DNA of 20,000 nt from IMG/VR virus record IMGVR_UViG_3300042343_001542; one strand, written 5' to 3'. The notes under the pieces are model-generated. The model did not search any database, was not told the DNA's origin, and was given only the letters and a program-made list of their open reading frames with translations. This stretch comes from an uncultured virus (IMG/VR IMGVR_UViG_3300042343_001542). Lineage: Duplodnaviria; Heunggongvirae; Uroviricota; Caudoviricetes. Positions 15,844-20,000 of the stretch are shown piece by piece. Positions within the stretch are counted from its first letter, which is position 1; each line of letters starts with the position of its first letter. A program made the position numbers and the translations under genes.

Positions 15844-17196
15844 ATGGTTAGGACGATTGTAGCAGAAACTAAATTGGATTGTGAACATTTATTGGGACAA
15901 TTCTTAGAAGAAAGTCATTTTGACGAAATTATTGACGAGGACTGCAATTTTTTTGCTCCACCCTCTTGTGGTATTGAAGAAAAAACTAATTGCGAAACGA
16001 AAGAATGCAATAAGTGCCCAAAAGGTATTGACGAGGATGGAGTAATTTTCATTCTGAGGAAAAACTTCTTTACAGAAGAAGAACAATTGAACGCCCTTGA
16101 AGGATTAAAAGGTGCGGCAACACAATCCCAAAATAGGGGTATTGCTGCTGGTCCTAGAGGAGAAAAACTTAATAACAGAGAATGGGTGACAGAATATCAA
16201 TTAGAAATTTTAGACTATTTTTCTGACCCTATTCCAAACCTTTTTGGAGAAGATAAAATTGCTGAAATTCAAGCAAACCGTAATCCTGCTAAAGATGAGG
16301 TTGGCACAAGAGGTTATGTTTGGTTGACGTCAAAAACTCAAGCCGAAAATTTTGATTTTGATTCTTGGGTCGATATTACTAGAAACCTTTCTTCTGAAGA
16401 ACAAAAAACCGAAGCGGAAAGAGTTAAGAAGTTTATTTCCGAAACAAATTATGCTGCTCCTGTATTTTCTGGTGTTGCGGGTTATATGGATAGATATCCG
16501 CGTATTGATTGGGGTAGAGCAACCGCTTATACAGCAAATAACCCAGAAAAGTTTAAATTGGCGTTTCCGTTCCTTCAGAAACTTGCAAAGGGGTTTTCTG
16601 AATATTTGCCAAGAAGGTTTAATTTTCAATCAGAATGTGCTAAAAAAATTGATCCGCTGTTTGTCGTCCCAGGCACACCTTTTACAACAATCACTGTAAA
16701 CAAAACCTTTAGAACAGCAGCGCATAGAGATGCTGGAGATCTTCATCAAGGGTTTTCTAACCTTTCCGTATTAACTAATGGAAAGAAGTATTCTGGCGGT
16801 ATGTTGGTCCTTCCAGAATTTAGAGTTGCCGTAAATGTTCGTCCCGGCGACCTACTTTTGATTAACAACCACTTTGGTATTCATGGAAATACCCCTATTG
16901 TATTGGAAGAAGAAGGCGCAGAAAGGTATTCTGTGGTTTGTTATTTCAGAGAAAATATGTTAAAGTTGGGTCCAAAAGAATATGAAGATTATCGTTTTAA
17001 TTTCATTGAAGGTCGCCGTCTAAATAAAGAACATCCAATGTGGCGTCCTCTTTGGAATGGAATTTCTCCTGGCTGGGTCCATTCTGAAGAATGGAAAGAA
17101 TACCTACTAAAACAACCAAATGGAGAAAAGTATCTAAAACGGTTTCATCCAGAATTAATAGATACTTCTAAAAACCTTCTTGAAGATTTCTTTTAA
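15844..17196 (+). CDS. TET/JBP-family 2OG-Fe(II) dioxygenase (5-methylpyrimidine oxidase)
   Basis: FTTITVNKTFRTAAHRDAGD (HxD), LVLPEFRVAV..RPGDLLL, IHGNT (distal His) and RYSVVCYFRE (2OG-binding Arg). Confidence 0.85.
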   Translation: MVRTIVAETKLDCEHLLGQFLEESHFDEIIDEDCNFFAPPSCGIEEKTNCETKECNKCPKGIDEDGVIFILRKNFFTEEEQLNALEGLKGAATQSQNRGIAAGPRGEKLNNREWVTEYQLEILDYFSDPIPNLFGEDKIAEIQANRNPAKDEVGTRGYVWLTSKTQAENFDFDSWVDITRNLSSEEQKTEAERVKKFISETNYAAPVFSGVAGYMDRYPRIDWGRATAYTANNPEKFKLAFPFLQKLAKGFSEYLPRRFNFQSECAKKIDPLFVVPGTPFTTITVNKTFRTAAHRDAGDLHQGFSNLSVLTNGKKYSGGMLVLPEFRVAVNVRPGDLLLINNHFGIHGNTPIVLEEEGAERYSVVCYFRENMLKLGPKEYEDYRFNFIEGRRLNKEHPMWRPLWNGISPGWVHSEEWKEYLLKQPNGEKYLKRFHPELIDTSKNLLEDFF

Positions 17197-17206
17197 AGGA
17201 TATATT

Positions 17207-17869
17207 ATGAGCGAATTTAAATGTGGGGATAGTATCCCAAATATTGATAAAGAAGAATACGATTATTTGTTTTCAAGCCCCCCTTGTTATGAAGACTTGA
17301 AGTTTTTTGGCGTTGATGTAAAAGAACCAGATTCTTATAAAACAAAATTTTTGGATTTGGTCGTCCCTTTGATGAAACCTAAATCTGGAACTGTGACTAT
17401 TTCTTTTACAGGAGCCAGAAGAAATAATTCAAGAATTTTACCAAAGTTTTTATACCTTAACCACTCTTTTATAGAAAACGATTTTTATCTTCGTGACGTA
17501 AAATACTCCAAAAAAACAGATAGTTATAACGCATATTCTTCACAAATTTTGCATATTTACACTTTCCAGAAAAATACAACTAAAGGTACATATAATTTAA
17601 AAAACGACAAATTATATCAAAGATATGGAAAAGACTTTTGGGGACCGTTTGGGAAAGAATTGAAGATTGACGGTGAAGTTGTTGGACAACCGATAGAGAT
17701 AGCAGAATATTGTATTGAAAATTTTACCAATGTCGGAGATACAGTATTTGACCCCTTTGCTGGTATTGGTACTACTTTAGGAGCAGCAAAAAATCTTAAT
17801 AGAGATTATGTTGGATACGAATTAAGAGAAAATATTTGGAAGTTTGGTAAAGAACATTATGGAATATAA
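17207..17869 (+). CDS. beta-class N6-adenine/N4-cytosine methyltransferase-like protein with variant catalytic motif
   Basis: Motif IV-like FSSPPCY precedes motif I VFDPFAGIGTT and YVGYEL; ATG at 17207 follows AAGGA. Confidence 0.8.
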   Translation: MSEFKCGDSIPNIDKEEYDYLFSSPPCYEDLKFFGVDVKEPDSYKTKFLDLVVPLMKPKSGTVTISFTGARRNNSRILPKFLYLNHSFIENDFYLRDVKYSKKTDSYNAYSSQILHIYTFQKNTTKGTYNLKNDKLYQRYGKDFWGPFGKELKIDGEVVGQPIEIAEYCIENFTNVGDTVFDPFAGIGTTLGAAKNLNRDYVGYELRENIWKFGKEHYGI

Positions 17870-18920
17870 AGATTACAGGCTCTTAGAAAACCGTCAAGAA
17901 GGGTTCGATAAGTTTTACGAATTTCACTGCATAACAAACGATTGTAGTCCTGATATAGCTGTTGAGCGTTGGATTGCCGACGATTTAGATTACGATTTTG
18001 AGAAGCGTTGTGTAATGGGATTATTCCACGGTGCGACATACGCTGGACCTTGTGAAACTATGTTTTCTGATAAATTTCCGATTATAAATTCAGAAGTACA
18101 ACCAGTAGTAGATTTTTTCTTTGAGCATAAACAAAGGCTATTATTTTCTCCGGATTGTAAGTATAGAAAAATGGTGTTTGATAAATTTCTATATTCTGTT
18201 GGAGAATCAATTAAACCTTACGGAACGTTAGGTAAGTTTATTTCTTCTTGTTTCGAGTCTGACGATAAATTTAAAAATTACGACACACTAAAGAAAAAAT
18301 GTCAAGATAATTGGTTTCACTGGGGTAGAATGGGTCATTGGTGCTTTTCCGAAGCTATCGCTAGATTTATTGATGCCCCGATATTACCCCCAACAATGGA
18401 ATTTAACGAAGGAAAAAGCCATCGTTCTGGTTGGGCGTTTTGTATTGGTAGAGACGATTTGGTTGGAGATAATGTTTCTAAAGAAGAAGTTGAATACCTG
18501 GAAGAAACTGCAGCAGAATATATTAAAGATAAAACTTATAAAAATGCTGGATTATTTACTTTAGAAACTGCTTGTTGTAATTATAAAAGGCAACATAAAG
18601 GTTCTAGATATGGTGGTTGTTATGTAGACGAACAACAATGGGAAATAAACCATATGAGGAACCTTTGGCCAGAATATAATTGGTTGTGGGATAAGTATAT
18701 GGAAGGTCGTCAAGCGGTTATTCCTTCTTCTTTATTGTTTGAGAATTTTCCACAAACTTTACCAGACGCTTATTGTAAAGATTGGGTTAATTGCCTTAAA
18801 GACCATGGAAGAATTCCAAGAATTGAAGCGTATTTCAATAATGAACCTCAAAAATGGGTTTCTATTAAGAATATGCCGTTTTATAATAATAGTTCGTTTT
18901 CTTTTGAGGATTTTGTATGA
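17859..18920 (+). CDS. amino acid:DNA transferase (aGPT-pyrophosphorylase clade 2-like)
   Basis: WGRMGHWCFSE, KSHRSG..F.IGRDD and FTLETACCNYK...RY...Y.D resemble recalled aGPT-PPlase2 motifs; adjacent to the cognate kinase; ATG at 17859. Confidence 0.75.
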   Translation: MEYKDYRLLENRQEGFDKFYEFHCITNDCSPDIAVERWIADDLDYDFEKRCVMGLFHGATYAGPCETMFSDKFPIINSEVQPVVDFFFEHKQRLLFSPDCKYRKMVFDKFLYSVGESIKPYGTLGKFISSCFESDDKFKNYDTLKKKCQDNWFHWGRMGHWCFSEAIARFIDAPILPPTMEFNEGKSHRSGWAFCIGRDDLVGDNVSKEEVEYLEETAAEYIKDKTYKNAGLFTLETACCNYKRQHKGSRYGGCYVDEQQWEINHMRNLWPEYNWLWDKYMEGRQAVIPSSLLFENFPQTLPDAYCKDWVNCLKDHGRIPRIEAYFNNEPQKWVSIKNMPFYNNSSFSFEDFV

Positions 18921-19456
18921 GAAATATAATTGGAATTTCTGGCGTTCCAGGGACAGGCAAAACCACTTTGATGTGGAAATTTATTGATCAATATAATTGG
19001 ATTGAAACCGAACCAGTAAAATTGGTTCCCGCTCTTTATAATGCAGAATTAGATTTGTATATACTTGGTAAATACGAAAAAGGTGAAGTATTTGCTGGTA
19101 CAGATAGATTATCAATGGCTTGTCAGCCAGCAGTCGTAGAATTTATTTCTAACAATACTTCTAATATTTTATTTGAAGGCGATAGATTAACCAATTTTAA
19201 GTTTTTTGATTTTCTTTTGAGTTTAAAAGAAACCAAGGTAAATTTCGTAGTGTTAACTACAAATAAAAATTTATTGAAGGAAAGATACGATTTTAGAGGT
19301 AGTAATCAATCAGAAACGTTTTTAAAAGGTAGAAATACCAAGATTGATAATATTTTAGCCAATTTTGAATATATGGATTATACTGAAGTATTTCCTAACG
19401 ATAAGTTTGACGATCAAAAAACAATATTAGAATTTATAGAAAAGAATTTAAAATAA
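18917..19456 (+). CDS. P-loop kinase, 5-hydroxymethyluracil-DNA kinase-like
   Basis: Walker A GVPGTGKT, LGKY...FAGTDRLSM, FEGDRL and RGSNQ.E.FLKGR.TK; ATGA overlap with the upstream gene. Confidence 0.8.
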   Translation: MRNIIGISGVPGTGKTTLMWKFIDQYNWIETEPVKLVPALYNAELDLYILGKYEKGEVFAGTDRLSMACQPAVVEFISNNTSNILFEGDRLTNFKFFDFLLSLKETKVNFVVLTTNKNLLKERYDFRGSNQSETFLKGRNTKIDNILANFEYMDYTEVFPNDKFDDQKTILEFIEKNLK

Positions 19457-19457
19457 T

Positions 19458-19483
19458 AAAAAAGGGGACCGAAGTCCCCTTTT
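19458..19483. terminator. bidirectional intrinsic terminator
   Basis: AAAAGGGGAC-CGAA-GTCCCCTTTT; C(UUCG)G tetraloop on the minus strand; U-tracts on both strands; lies between the convergent kinase and gp23 genes. Confidence 0.9.
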
Positions 19484-19500
19484 CGTTATTCCCTAATAGA

Positions 19501-20000
19501 TTAGGCAATGTTCTTAACTGTGAAGATACGATAGTAAGTGTTCTTACGAGCAGTTAGAGCGCCACCGCCAACATTAGTAGGAGCAGCACCTTCAGCAAAT
19601 GGGTTTGCAACCATACCATAACGGGTTTTGAATCCGATTTTTGGTTGGAAGGTAGCAGGATCAACTGCACGAACCATTTGTAGAGGTACATATGGGCAAT
19701 AGAATAGACCTGAGTCATAAGGAGAAGTACCCTTATAACCAACGGTAACTAGTTCAGTACCAGCAGACATGCCATTGAAGTATGGGTCGATATAGACCTT
19801 AATACGACCATGTAGCATACCGCAGAAAGTATTACCAGTATCGTCAACTTGTAGATCAGCAGATAGTGCTGGAGTGTATTGTAGAACACCAGCCATTGCT
19901 AGAGCAGAAGCTACGTCAGAAGAAACGATAAGGATATTACCTTTCCCTCTACGAGTTTCTTTCGCAATTGCGTTAGCTTCGCGTTCGATGTGGTAAATTA
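19501..20000 (-). CDS. gp23: major capsid protein (C-terminal part; 5' end outside the window)
   Basis: Frame is open to the window edge: IEREANAIAKETRRGKGN...SSDVASALAMAG...YIDPY...GYKG...YCPYVPLQMVRA...FQPKIGFKTRYGMVANPF. Confidence 0.98.
   Translation of the reverse strand, partial: IYHIEREANAIAKETRRGKGNILIVSSDVASALAMAGVLQYTPALSADLQVDDTGNTFCGMLHGRIKVYIDPYFNGMSAGTELVTVGYKGTSPYDSGLFYCPYVPLQMVRAVDPATFQPKIGFKTRYGMVANPFAEGAAPTNVGGGALTARKNTYYRIFTVKNIA

Noticed and set aside
17207..17869. Methylase as half of a restriction-modification system or as the 5mC source for TET
   Set aside because: No nuclease gene nearby, and the motif order is amino-methylase type, lacking the C5-methylase PCQ/ENV motifs.
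4157..19742. Many short antisense or alternate-frame ORFs in the track (e.g. 4157-4357, 9276-9629, 11676-11981, 16352-16699, 19554-19742)
   Set aside because: They lie within well-supported genes, lack RBS and motifs, and look like shadow ORFs.
1..20000. Stop-codon reassignment as seen in some large phages
   Set aside because: Core genes are full length under the standard code, and TAG (regA, uvsY) and TGA (hsp20, gp44) occur at the expected gene ends.
19501..20000. Visibly higher GC in gp23 as a sign of foreign DNA
   Set aside because: Explained by amino-acid composition and codon bias of a highly expressed capsid gene.

Overview
AT-rich segment of a large T4-like (myovirus-type) phage genome. 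Most genes lie on the minus strand in the conserved order gp23 (partial), gp3, uvsY, uvsW, gp55, gp47, gp46, gp45, gp44, gp62, regA, hsp20, interrupted by accessory genes: a full-length FtsH protease, peptide deformylase, DNA ligase, a GT-A glycosyltransferase, a DUF3310-like protein, a DsbA-like protein and dCMP deaminase. The most striking element is a four-gene plus-strand operon (15844-19456) between gp3 and gp23, with its own sigma70-like promoter and a bidirectional terminator. It encodes a TET/JBP-like 2OG-Fe(II) dioxygenase, a beta-class amino-methyltransferase-like protein with an altered SPPCY motif, an amino acid:DNA transferase (aGPT-PPlase2-like) and a 5hmU-DNA-kinase-like P-loop kinase. 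Together these suggest a post-replicative pyrimidine hypermodification pathway, and two of the enzymes end in sliding-clamp-binding-like tails. Non-coding signals include a ROSE-like RNA thermometer ahead of hsp20, five copies of a TTTA(C/T)T-N17-TAnnAT promoter, and an orphan antisense late-promoter/hairpin/RBS leader between gp44 and gp62. All family assignments come from motif recognition by eye; no database searches were run.
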